Shown here: piece after piece, positions 43,901 to 57,358 of the stretch
Layout of the letters: every line of letters begins with the position of its first letter
Position numbering within the stretch: the first letter of the stretch is position 1
NCBI RefSeq assembly: GCF_009914755.1
Contig: NC_060948.1
Direction: 5' to 3' (one strand)
Length of the DNA stretch: 64,000 nt
From: the human T2T-CHM13v2.0 reference genome, Homo sapiens
Notes under the pieces: model-generated
The model's input: only the letters and a program-made list of their open reading frames with translations
Databases searched by the model: none
Told to the model about the DNA's origin: nothing
Translations under genes and position numbers: made by a program

Positions 43901-46658
43901 GTCTCGAATTGAATGGAATCGTATGGAATGGCATCAAACGGAATGGAATGGACAGCCACGGAATGGAATGGACTCGAATGCAATGGAGTCGAAACTTATG
44001 GACTGGAATAGAATGGACTCGACTGGTACGGACTCCAATGGAATGGAATCGAATGGAAGGGATTCGAACGGAATGGACTCGAAGGGAAAAGACTGCAATG
44101 GAAAGGTCTCGAATGGAATGGAAATTAATGGAATGGAATGGAATCGAATGAAATGGAGTCAAAAGGAATGGAATCGAATGGCAAGAAATCGAATGTAATG
44201 GAATCGCAAGGAATTGATGTGAATGGAACGGAATGGAATGGAATCCAAAGGAATGGAATAGAATGGAATGGAATCGAATGGAAAGGACTCGAATGGAAAT
44301 CACTCGAATAGAATGCAATTTAATAAAATAGGATCAAATGTAATGGAATGGAATGGAAAGGAATCGAAACGAAAGGAATGGAGACAGATGGAATGGAATG
44401 GAACAGAGAGCAATGGTATAGAATGGAATGGAATCATCTGGAATGGAATTGAATGGAATGGAATAATATGAAATGGAATGGAATGGAATGGAATGGAATG
44501 CCCTTGAATTAAATGGACTGGAATGGAATGGACTCGAACAGAGTGGAATGGAAAGTGTTGAGATAGAATGGAATGGACTCCTTTGGAATGGTCTAGTATG
44601 CAATGCAATCGACTGGCAGGGAATCAAAAGGAATGTAATGGAATGGATTGGACTGGAATGCAATGGACTCGAATAGATTGGAAACGGAATGCAAAGGAAT
44701 GGAATGGAATAGTATGGAATGGAATGGAAAGGAATGGAGTGGAATAGACTAGAGTGGAATGGAATGAACTGGAAAGCAATGGACTGGAATGGAACTTTCT
44801 TGAATGGACTGGAATCAAACGGAATGGAATGCAATGCAATCAAATGGCATGGAATAAAATAGAATGAAAGAGAATCAAATGGAATTGAATCGAATGGAAT
44901 CGAATGGATTGGAAAGGAATAGAATGGAATGGAATGGAATTGACTCAAATGGAATGGACTAGAATGGAATGGATTCGAATGGAAGGCAAAGGAATGGAAT
45001 CTATTGGAATGGACTGTAATGGAATGGAATGGAAGGGATTGGAATGGACTCGAATGGAATGGACTGCAATAGAAAGGATTCGAATGGAATGAAAAAGAAT
45101 TGAATGGAATAGAACAGAATGGAATCAAATCGAATGAAATGGAATGGAATAGAAAGGAATGGAATGAAATGGAATGGAAAGGATTCGAATGGAATGCAAT
45201 CGAATGGAATGGAATCGAACGGAATGGAATAAAATGGAAGAAAACTGGCAAGAAATGGAATCGAAATGAATGGAGTGTTATGGAACGGACTCAAAAGGAA
45301 TTGAATGTAATAGAATGGAGTGGAGTGGACTCGAATATAATGGACTGGAATGGAATGAAATCACATGGAATGGGAACGAATGGAATGGAATGGAAAGGAA
45401 TGGAATCGAATGGAAAGGAATCGAATGGAAGGGAATGAAATTGAATCAACAGGAATGGAAGGGAATAGAATAGACGGTAATGGAATGGACTCGAATAGAA
45501 TGGACACGCATGCTCAAATTGAATGGACTCGAATGGAATGGAAACGAAAGGAATGTCATCGAATGGAATTGAATCGATTGGAATGAAATCGCATAGAATG
45601 GAGTGGAATCAAATGGAATTGAATCGAAAGGAAAGGAAGCGAATGGACTGAAATGAAATGGAATGGAATTGAATGGAAAGTAATGCAATGGAATAGAATG
45701 GAACGAAATTTCACGGAATGGAAACAAACTGAATGGAATCAAATCAATGGAATCAAATCAAATGGAATGGAGTAGATTGGATTGGATGGGATTGGAATGA
45801 AATGTACTGGAAAGGACTCGAATTTCATGAAACGGAATGGAATGAATTGAAATGGAATGGACTCGAATGGAATGGAATGTCATAGAATGGCATCAAATGG
45901 AATGGCATCAAATGGAATGGAATCGAATGCAATGGAATGCTATGGAATGGAATGGAATGCATTGGAATGGAATGTCCTCTAATGGAATGGATTCGAGTGG
46001 AATGGAATCGAATATAATGGAGTCGAATGAAATGGAATTGAAAGGAATGGGATCGAATACAATGGAATATACTGGAATGTAATGTAATGAACTCGAATGT
46101 AATCGACTGGAATGGAATGTACATGAATGGAATGTAATCGAATGGAAAGTAATCCAATGGAATAGAATCTAATGCAATAAAATCGACTCAGATAGAGTAG
46201 AATGTAATGGAATGGAGTGCAGTGCAATGGAATGGAATGGAATGGAATGCAATGGAATGGAATGGAATGGAATGGAATGGAATGGAATGGAATGGGATTG
46301 AATGGTATGGAATGGATAGTAATGGACTGGAGTGAAATGGACTGGAAAGGAATGGACTCAAATTGAAAGGGCTCGAAAGGAATGGAGTCAAATGGAATGG
46401 TCTGGAATGGAATGAACACGAATGTAATGCAATCCAATAGAATGGAATCGAATGGCATGGAATATAAAGAAATGGAATCGAAGAGAATGGAAACAAATGG
46501 AATGGAATTGAATGGAATGGAATTGAATGGAATGGGAACGAATGGAGTGAAATTGTATGCAGTAGAAGGGAATAGAATGGAATGCAAGCGAAAGGAAAGG
46601 AATGGATTGGAATGGAATGGAATTCATTGGAATGGAAGGGAATGTAGTGTAATGGACA
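28901..46658 (+). repeat. DYZ1 units U9-U13 (3559, 3568, 3539, 3544, 3548 bp), subfamily B block
   Basis: Units start at 28901, 32460, 36028, 39567, 43111. Shared B markers: CGAAAAT(A/G)ATGGAAGCAAATGG, GAAACTTATGG, GGAAGGGATTCGAACGG, GTAGATTGG. Confidence 0.88.
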
Positions 46659-49600
46659 GGCCTGGAATAAAGTGGAATGCTACGGTCTCGAATGGAATAA
46701 AAATGTATGGAATGGAATGCAATGAAACGGAATCGAATGTCATAGAATGTAATGGAATGCAAAAAAATGGAATCCAAAATCATTGAATGGAAAGGCTGGG
46801 TGTCGAAAGGAATTGACTGCAATGGAATGGAATCGAATGGAATGGAAGTGAATAGAATCGAACTAAATCGAATGGAATGGAATTGATAGGAACGGAATGG
46901 AAAGGAATGCAATGATTTGGCATGGAATGGAATCGAATGGCATCGAATGGAATGGAATGGAATGCAATGGAATGGAATGTATTAGAATGTAATGAACATT
47001 AGTGGAATGTACTCGAATGGATTCGACTGGAATGGAATGTTCTGGAAGTGAATGGACTCCAATGGAATGGATTCGAAAGGAATGGAATCGAACGGAATGG
47101 AATCTAATGGAATGGAATTAAATGGAAATGAATCAAATTGAATAGCACGGAATTGAATTGAATGGAATCGAATGCAATGGAATCTAATGAAACGGAAAGG
47201 AAAGAATGGAATGGAATAGAATGGGCTGGAATGGAAAGGAATCGAAACGAATGGAATGGAATCGAACTGAAGAGACTGGAATGGAATGCACTGGAATGGA
47301 AGGGAGTGTAATGGAAGGTTCTCGAAAAAAATGGAATCGAATGGAATGGAATTGAATGGAACGGAATAGAGTCGAATGGAATTGAATGGAATGGAATGGA
47401 CTAGAGTGAAATGGAATCGAACCACAAGGAATGGACAGGAATAGAATGGTCTCGAATTGAATGGAATCGTATTGAATGGCATCAAACGGAATGGAATGGA
47501 CAGTCACGGAATGGAATGCACTCGAATGCAATGGAGTCGAAACTAATGGACTGGAATAGAATGGACTCGACTGGTACGGACTCCAATGCAATGGAATCGA
47601 ATGGAAGGGAATCGAACGGAAGGGAATCGAACGGAATGGACTCGAAGGGAAAAGACTGCAATGGAAAGGTCTCGAATGGAATGGAAATTAATGGAATGGA
47701 ATGGAATCGAATGAAATGGAGTCAAAAGGAATGGAATCGAATGGCAAGAAATCGAATGTAATGGAATCGCCAGGAATTGATGTGAACGGAACGGAATGGA
47801 ATGGAATCCAAAGGAATGGAATAGAATGGAATGGAATCGAATGGAAAGGACTCGAATGGAAATCACTCGAATAGAATGCAATTTAATAAAATAGGATCAA
47901 ATGTAATGGAATGGAATGGAAAGGAATCGAAACGAAAGGAATGGAGACAGATGGAATGGAATGGAACAGAGAGCAATGGTATAGAATGGAATGGAATCAT
48001 CTGGAATGGAATTGAATGGAATGGAATAATATGAAATGGAATGGAATGGAATGCCCTTGAATTAAATGGACTGGAATGGAATGGACTCAAACAGAGTGGA
48101 ATGGAAAGTGTGGAGATAGAATGGAATGAACTCCTTTGGAATGGTGTAGTATGCAATGCAATCGACTGGCAGGGAATCAAAAGGAATGTAATCGAATGGA
48201 TTGGACTGGAATGCAATGGACTCGAATAGATTGGAAACGGAATGCAAAGGAATGGAATGGAATAGTATGGAATGCAATGGAAGGGAATGGAGTGGAATAG
48301 ACTAGAGTGGAATGGAATGGACTGGAAAGCAATGGACTGGAATGGAACTTTCTTGGATGGACTGGAATCAAACGGAATGGAATGCAATGCAGTCAAATGG
48401 CATGGAATAAAATAGAATGAAAGAGAATCAAATGGAATTGAATCGAATGGAATCGAATGGATTGGAAAGGAATAGAATGGAATGGAATGGAATTGACTCA
48501 AATGGAATGGACTAGAATGGAATGGATTCGAATGGAAGGCAAAGGAATGGAATCTATTGGAATGGACTGTAATGGAATGGAATGGAAGGGATTGGAATGG
48601 ACTCGAATGGAATGGACTGCAATAGAAAGGATTCGAATGGAATGAAAAAGAATTGAATGGAATAGAACAGAATGGAATCAAATCGAATGAAATGGAATGG
48701 AATAGAAAGGAATGGAATGAAATGGAATGGAAAGGATTCGAATGGAATGCAATCGAATGGAATGGAATTGAACGGAATGGAATAAAATGGAAGAAAACTG
48801 GCAAGAAATGGAATCGAAATGAATGGAGTGTTATGGAACGGACTCAAAAGGAATTGAATGTAATAGAATGGAGTGGAGTGGACTCGAATATAATGGACTG
48901 GAATGGAATGAAATCACATGGAATGGGAACGAATGGAATGGAATGGAAAGGAATGGAATCGAATGGAAAGGAATCGAATGGAAGGGAATGAAATTGAATC
49001 AACAGGAATGGAAGGGAATAGAATAGACTGTAATGGAATGGACTCGAATAGAATGGACACGAATGCTCAAATTAAATGGACTCGAATGGAATGGAAACGA
49101 AAGGAATGTCATCGAATGGAATTGAATCGATTGGAATGAAATCGCATAGAATGGAGTGGAATCAAATGGAATTGAATCGAAAGGAAAGGAAGCGAATGGA
49201 CTGAAATGAAATGGAATGGAATTGAATGGAAAGTAATGCAATGGAATAGAATGGAACGAAATTTCACGGAATGGAATCAAACTGAATGGAATCAAATCAA
49301 TGGAATCAAATCAAATGGAATGGAAAGGAATTGAATGGAGTAGATGGGATTGGATGGGATTGGAATGAAATGTACTGGAAAGGACTCGAATTTCATGAAA
49401 CGGAATGGAATGAATTGGAACGGAATGGACTCGAATGGAATGGAATGTCATGGGATGGCATCAAATGGAATGGCATCAAATGGAATGGAATCGAATGCAA
49501 TGGAATGCTATGGAATGGAATGGAATGCATTGGAATGGAATGTCCTCTAATGGAATGGATTCGAGTGGAATGGAATTGAATATAATGGAGTCGAATGAAA

Positions 49601-52600
49601 TGGAATTGAAAGGAATGGGATCGAATACAATGGAATATACTGGAATGTAATGTAATGAACTCGAATGTAATTGACTGGAATGGAATGTACATGAATGGAA
49701 TGTAATCGAATGGAAAGTAATCCAATGGAATAGAATCTAATGCAATAAAATCGACTCAGACAGAGTAGAATGTAATGGAATGGAGTGCAGTGCAATGGAA
49801 TGGAATGGAATGGAATGCAATGGAATGGAATGGTATGGAATGGAATGGAATGGAATGGAATGGAATGGAATGGAATGGGATGGAATGGTATGGAATGGAT
49901 AGTAATGAACTGGAGTGAAATGGACTGGAAAGGAATGGACTCAAATTGAAAGGGCTCGAAAGGAATGGAGTCAAATGGAATGGTCTGGAATGGAATGAAC
50001 ACGAATGTAATGCAACCCAATAGAATGGAATCGAATGGCATGGAATATAAAGAAATGGAATCGAAGAGAATGGAAACAAATGGAATGGAATTGAATGGAA
50101 TGGGAACGAATGGAGTGAAATTGTATGCAGTAGAAGAGAATAGAATGGAATGCAAGTGAAAGGAAAGGAATGGATTGGAATGGAATGGAATTCATTGGAA
50201 TGGAAGGGAATGTAGTGTAATGGACAGGCCTGGAATAAAGTGGAATGCTACGGTCTCGAATGGAATAAAAATATATGGAATGGAATGCAATGAAACGGAA
50301 TCGAATGTCATAGAATGTAATGGAATGCAAAAAAATGGAATCCAAAATCATTGACTGGAAAGGCTGGGTGTCGAAAGGAATTGACTCCAATGGAATGGAA
50401 TCGAATGGAATGGAAGTGAATAGAATCGAACTAAATCGAATGGAGTGGAATTGATAGGAACGGAATGGAAAGGAATGCAATGATTTGGCATGGAATGGAA
50501 TCGAATGGCATCGAATGGAATGGAATGGAATGCAATGGAATGGAATGTATTAGAATGTAATGAACTTTAATGGAATGTACTCGAATGGATTCGACTGGAA
50601 TGGAATGTTCTGGAAGTGAATGGACTCCAATGGAATGGATTCAAAAGGAATGGAATCGTACGGAATGGAATCTAATGGAATGGAATTAAATGGAAATGAA
50701 TCAAATTGAATAGCACGGAATTGAATTGAATGGAATCGAATGCAATGGAATCTAATGAAACGGAAAGGAAAGGAATGCAATGGAATGGAATGGGCTGGAA
50801 TGGAAAGGAATCGAAACGAATGGAATGGAATCGAACTGAAGAGACTGGAATGGAATGCACTGGAATGGAAGGGAGTGTAATGGAAGGTTCTCGAAAAAAA
50901 TGGAATCGAATGGAATGGAATTGAATGGAACGGAATAGAGTCGAATGGAATTGAATGGAATGGAATGGAGTAGAGTGAAATGGAATCGAACCACAAGGAA
51001 TGGACAGGAATAGAATGGTCTCGAATTGAATGGAATCGTATGGAATGGCATCAAACGGAATGGAATGGACAGCCACGGAATGGAATGCACTCGAATGCAA
51101 TGGAGTCGAAACTAATGGACTGGAATAGAATGGACTCGACTGGTACGGACTCCAATGGAATGGAATCGAATGGAAGGGAATCGAACGGAAGGGAATCGAA
51201 CGGAATGGACTTGAAGGGAAAAGACTGCAATGGAAAGGTCTCGAATGGAATGGAAATTAATGGAATGGAATGGAATCGAATGAAATGGAGTCAAAATGAA
51301 TCGAATCGAATGGCAAGAAATCGAATGTAATGGAATCGCCAGGAATTGATGTGAACGGAACGGAATGGAATGGAATCCAAAGGAATGGAATAGAATGGAA
51401 TGGAATCGAATGGAAAGGACTCGAATGGAAATCACTCGAATAGAATGCAATTTAATAAAATAGGATCAAATGTAATGGAATGGAATGGAAAGGAATCGAA
51501 ACGAAAGGAATGGAGACAGATGGAATGGAATGGAACAGAGAGCAATGGTATAGAATGGAATGGAATCATCTGGAATGGAATTGAATGGAATGGAATAATA
51601 TGAAATGGAATGGAATGGAATGCCCTTGAATTAAATGGACTGGAATGGAATGGACTCAAAGAGAGTGGAATGGAAAGTGTGGAGATAGAATGGAATGAAC
51701 TCCTTTAGAATGGTGTAGTATGCAATGCAATCGACTGGCAGGGAATCAAAAGGAATGTAATCGAATGGATTGGACTGGAATGCAATGGACTCGAATAGAT
51801 TGGAAACGGAATGCAAAGGAATGGAATGGAATAGTATGGAATGCAATGGAAGGGAATGGAGTGGAATAGACTAGAGTGGAATGGAATGGACTGGAAAGCA
51901 ATGGACTGGAATGGAACTTTCTTGGATGGACTGGAATCAAACGGAATGGAATGCAATGCAGTCAAATGGCATGGAATAAAATAGAATGAAAGAGAATCAA
52001 ATGGAATTGAATCGAATGGAATCGAATGGATTGGAAAGGAATAGAATGGAATGGAATGGAATTGACTCAAATGGAATGGACTAGAATGGAATGGATTCGA
52101 ATGGAAGGCAAAGGAATGGAATCTATTGGAATGGACTGTAATGGAATGGAATGGAAGGGATTGGAATGGACTCGAATGGAATGGACTGCAATAGAAAGGA
52201 TTCGAATGGAATGAAAAAGAATTGAATGGAATAGAACAGAATGGAATCAAATCGAATGAAATGGAATGGAATAGAAAGGAATGGAATGAAATGGAATGGA
52301 AAGGATTCGAATGGAATGCAATCGAATGGAATGGAATCGAACGGAATGGAATAAAATGGAAGAAAACTGGCAAGAAATGGAATCGAAATGAATGGAGTGT
52401 TATGGAACGGACTCAAAAGGAATTGAATGTAATAGAATGGAGTGGAGTGGACTCGAATATAATGGACTGGAATGGAATGAAATCACATGGAATGGGAACG
52501 AATGGAATGGAATGGAAAGGAATGGAATCGAATGGAAAGGAATCGAATGGAAGTGAATGAAATTGAATCAACAGGAATGGAAGGGAATAGAATAGACTGT

Positions 52601-55600
52601 AATGGAATGGACTCGAATAGAATGGACACGAATGCTCAAATTAAATGGACTCGAATGGAATGGAAACGAAAGGAATGTCATCGAATGGAATTGAATCGAT
52701 TGGAATGAAATCGCATAGAATGGAGTGGAATCAAATGGAATTGAATCGAAAGGAAAGGAAGCGAATGGACTGAAATGAAATGGAATGGAATTGAATGGAA
52801 AGTAATGCAATGGAATAGAATGGAACGAAATTTCACGGAATGGAATCAAACTGAATGGAATCAAATCAATGGAATCAAATCAAATGGAATGGAAAGGAAT
52901 TGAATGGAGTAGATGGGATTGGATGGGATTGGAATGAAATGTACTGGAAAGGACTCGAATTTCATGAAACGGAATGGAATGAATTGGAACGGAATGGACT
53001 CGAATGGAATGGAATGTCATGGGATGGCATCAAATGGAATGGCATCAAATGGAATGGAATCGAATGCAATGGAATGCTATGGAATGGAATGGAATGCATT
53101 GGAATGGAATGTCCTCTAATGGAATGGATTCGAGTGGAATGGAATTGAATATAATGGAGTCGAATGAAATGGAATTGAAAGGAATGGGATCGAATACAAT
53201 GGAATATACTGGAATGTAATGTAATGAACTCGAATGTAATTGACTGGAATGGAATGTACATGAATGGAATGTAATCGAATGGAAAGTAATCCAATGGAAT
53301 AGAATCTAATGCAATAAAATCGACTCAGACAGAGTAGAATGTAATGGAATGGAGTGCAGTGCAATGGAATGGAATGGAATGGAATGCAATGGAATGGAAT
53401 GGTATGGAATGGAATGGAATGGAATGGAATGGAATGGAATGGAATGGGATGGAATGGTATGGAATGGATAGTAATGAACTGGAGTGAAATGGACTGGAAA
53501 GGAATGGACTCAAATTGAAAGGGCTCGAAAGGAATGGAGTCAAATGGAATGGTCTGGAATGGAATGAACACGAATGTAATGCAACCCAATAGAATGGAAT
53601 CGAATGGCATGGAATATAAAGAAATGGAATCGAAGAGAATGGAAACAAATGGAATGGAATTGAATGGAATGGGAACGAATGGAGTGAAATTGTATGCAGT
53701 AGAAGAGAATAGAATGGAATGCAAGTGAAAGGAAAGGAATGGATTGGAATGGAATGGAATTCATTGGAATGGAAGGGAATGTAGTGTAATGGACAGGCCT
53801 GGAATAAAGTGGAATGCTACGGTCTCGAATGGAATAAAAATATATGGAATGGAATGCAATGAAACGGAATCGAATGTCATAGAATGTAATGGAATGCAAA
53901 AAAATGGAATCCAAAATCATTGACTGGAAAGGCTGGGTGTCGAAAGGAATTGACTCCAATGGAATGGAATCGAATGGAATGGAAGTGAATAGAATCGAAC
54001 TAAATCGAATGGAGTGGAATTGATAGGAACGGAATGGAAAGGAATGCAATGATTTGGCATGGAATGGAATCGAATGGCATCGAATGGAATGGAATGGAAT
54101 GCAATGGAATGGAATGTATTAGAATGTAATGAACTTTAATGGAATGTACTCGAATGGATTCGACTGGAATGGAATGTTCTGGAAGTGAATGGACTCCAAT
54201 GGAATGGATTCAAAAGGAATGGAATCGTACGGAATGGAATCTAATGGAATGGAATTAAATGGAAATGAATCAAATTGAATAGCACGGAATTGAATTGAAT
54301 GGAATCGAATGCAATGGAATCTAATGAAACGGAAAGGAAAGGAATGCAATGGAATGGAATGGGCTGGAATGGAAAGGAATCGAAACGAATGGAATGGAAT
54401 CGAACTGAAGAGACTGGAATGGAATGCACTGGAATGGAAGGGAGTGTAATGGAAGGTTCTCGAAAAAAATGGAATCGAATGGAATGGAATTGAATGGAAC
54501 GGAATAGAGTCGAATGGAATTGAATGGAATGGAATGGAGTAGAGTGAAATGGAATCGAACCACAAGGAATGGACAGGAATAGAATGGTCTCGAATTGAAT
54601 GGAATCGTATGGAATGGCATCAAACGGAATGGAATGGACAGCCACGGAATGGAATGCACTCGAATGCAATGGAGTCGAAACTAATGGACTGGAATAGAAT
54701 GGACTCGACTGGTACGGACTCCAATGGAATGGAATCGAATGGAAGGGAATCGAACGGAAGGGAATCGAACGGAATGGACTTGAAGGGAAAAGACTGCAAT
54801 GGAAAGGTCTCGAATGGAATGGAAATTAATGGAATGGAATGGAATCGAATGAAATGGAGTCAAAATGAATGGAATCGAATGGCAAGAAATCGAATGTAAT
54901 GGAATCGCCAGGAATTGATGTGAACGGAACGGAATGGAATGGAATCCAAAGGAATGGAATAGAATGGAATGGAATCGAATGGAAAGGACTCGAATGGAAA
55001 TCACTCGAATAGAATGCAATTTAATAAAATAGGATCAAATGTAATGGAATGGAATGGAAAGGAATCGAAACGAAAGGAATGGAGACAGATGGAATGGAAT
55101 GGAACAGAGAGCAATGGTATAGAATGGAATGGAATCATCTGGAATGGAATTGAATGGAATGGAATAATATGAAATGGAATGGAATGGAATGGAATGGAAT
55201 GCCCTTGAATTAAATGGACTGGAATGGAATGGACTCAAACAGAGTGGAATGGAAAGTGTGGAGATAGAATGGAATGAACTCCTTTGGAATGGTCTAGTAG
55301 GCAATGCAATCGACTGGCAGGGAATCAAAAGGAATGTAATCGAATGGATTGGACTGGAATGCAATGGACTCGAATAGATTGGAAACGGAATGCAAAGAAT
55401 GGAATGGAATAGTATGGAATGGAATGGAAAGGAATGGAGTGGAACAGACTAGAGTGGAATGGAATGGACTGGAAAGCAATGGACTGGAATGGAACTTTCT
55501 TGAATGGACTGGAATCAAACGGAATGGAATGCAATGCAATCAAATGGCATGGAATAAAATAGAATGAAAGAGAATCAAATGGAATTGAATCGAATGGAAT

Positions 55601-57358
55601 CGAATGGATTGGAAAGGAATAGAATGGAATGGAATGGAATTGACTCAAATGGAATCTACTAGAATGGAATGGATTCGAATGGAAGGCAAAGGAATGGAAT
55701 CTATTGGAATGGACTGTAATGGAATGGAATGGAAGGGATTGGAATGGACTCGAATGGAATGGACTGCAATAGAAAGGATTCGAATGGAATGAAAAAGAAT
55801 TGAATGGAATAGAACAGAATGGAATCAAATCGAATGAAATGGAATGGAATAGAAAGGAATGGAATGAAATGGAATGGAAAGGATTCGAATGGAATGCAAT
55901 CGAATGGAATGGAATCGAACGGAATGGAATAAAATGGAAGAAAACTGGCAAGAAATGGAATCGAAATGAATGGAGTGTTATGGAACGGACTCAAAAGGAA
56001 TTGAATGTAATAGAATGGAGTGGAGTGGACTCGAATATAATGGACTGGAATGGAATGAAATCACATGGAATGGGAACGAATGGAATGGAATGGAAAGGAA
56101 TGGAATCGAATGGAAAGGAATCGAATGGAAGGGAATGAAATTGAATCAACAGGAATGGAAGGGAATAGAATAGACGGTAATGGAATGGACTCGAATAGAA
56201 TGGACACGAATGCTCAAATTGAATGGACTCGAATGGAATGGAAACGAAAGGAATGTCATCGAATGGAATTGAATCGATTGGAATGAAATCGCATAGAATG
56301 GAGTGGAATCAAATGGAATTGAATCGAAAGGAAAGGAAGCGAATGGACTGAAATGAAATGGAATGGAATTGAATGGAAAGTAATGCAATGGAATAGAATG
56401 GAACGAAATTTCACGGAATGGAATCAAACTGAATGGAATCAAATCAATGGAATCAAATCAAATGGAATGGAAAGGAATTGAATGGAGTAGATGGGATTGG
56501 ATGGGATTGGAATGAAATGTACTGGAAAGGACTCGAATTTCATGAAACGGAATGGAATGAATTGGAACGGAATGGACTCGAATGGAATGGAATGTCATGG
56601 GATGGCATCAAATGGAATGGCATCAAATGGAATGGAATCGAATGCAATGGAATGCTATGGAATGGAATGGAATGCATTGGAATGGAATGTCCTCTAATGG
56701 AATGGATTCGAGTGGAATGGAATTGAATATAATGGAGTCGAATGAAATGGAATTGAAAGGAATGGGATCGAATACAATGGAATATACTGGAATGTAACGT
56801 AATGAACTCGAATATAATTAACTGGAATGGAATGTACATGAATGGAATGTAATCGAATGGAAAGTAATCCAATGGAATAGAATCTAATGCAATAAAATCG
56901 ACTCAGATAGAGTAGAATGTAATGGAATGGAGTGCAGTGCAATGGAATGGAATGGAATGGAATGCAATGGAATGGAATGGAATGGAATGGAATGGAATGG
57001 AATGGAATGGGATGGAATGGTATGGAATGGATAGTAATGGACTGGAGTGAAATGGACTGGAAAGGAATGGACTCAAATTGAAAGGGCTCGAAAGGAATGG
57101 ATTCAAATGGAATGGTCTGGAATGGAATGAACACGAATGTAATGCAACCCAATAGAATGGAATCGAATGGCATGGAATGTAAAGAAATGGAATCGAAGAG
57201 AATGGAAACAAATGGAATGGAATTGAATGGAATGGGAACGAATGGAGTGAAATTGTATGCAGTAGAAGAGAATAGAATGGAATGCAAGCGAAAGGAAAGG
57301 AATGGATTGGAATGGAATGGAATTCATTGGAATGGAAGGGAATGTAGTGTAATGGACA
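46659..57358 (+). repeat. DYZ1 units U14-U16 (3568, 3569, 3563 bp), A-like block
   Basis: Units start at 46659, 50227, 53796. Share the 15-bp duplication, GTGTGGAGAT, GAATGAACTCC, TCATGGGATGG and GCAACCC with U1-U3. Confidence 0.88.
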
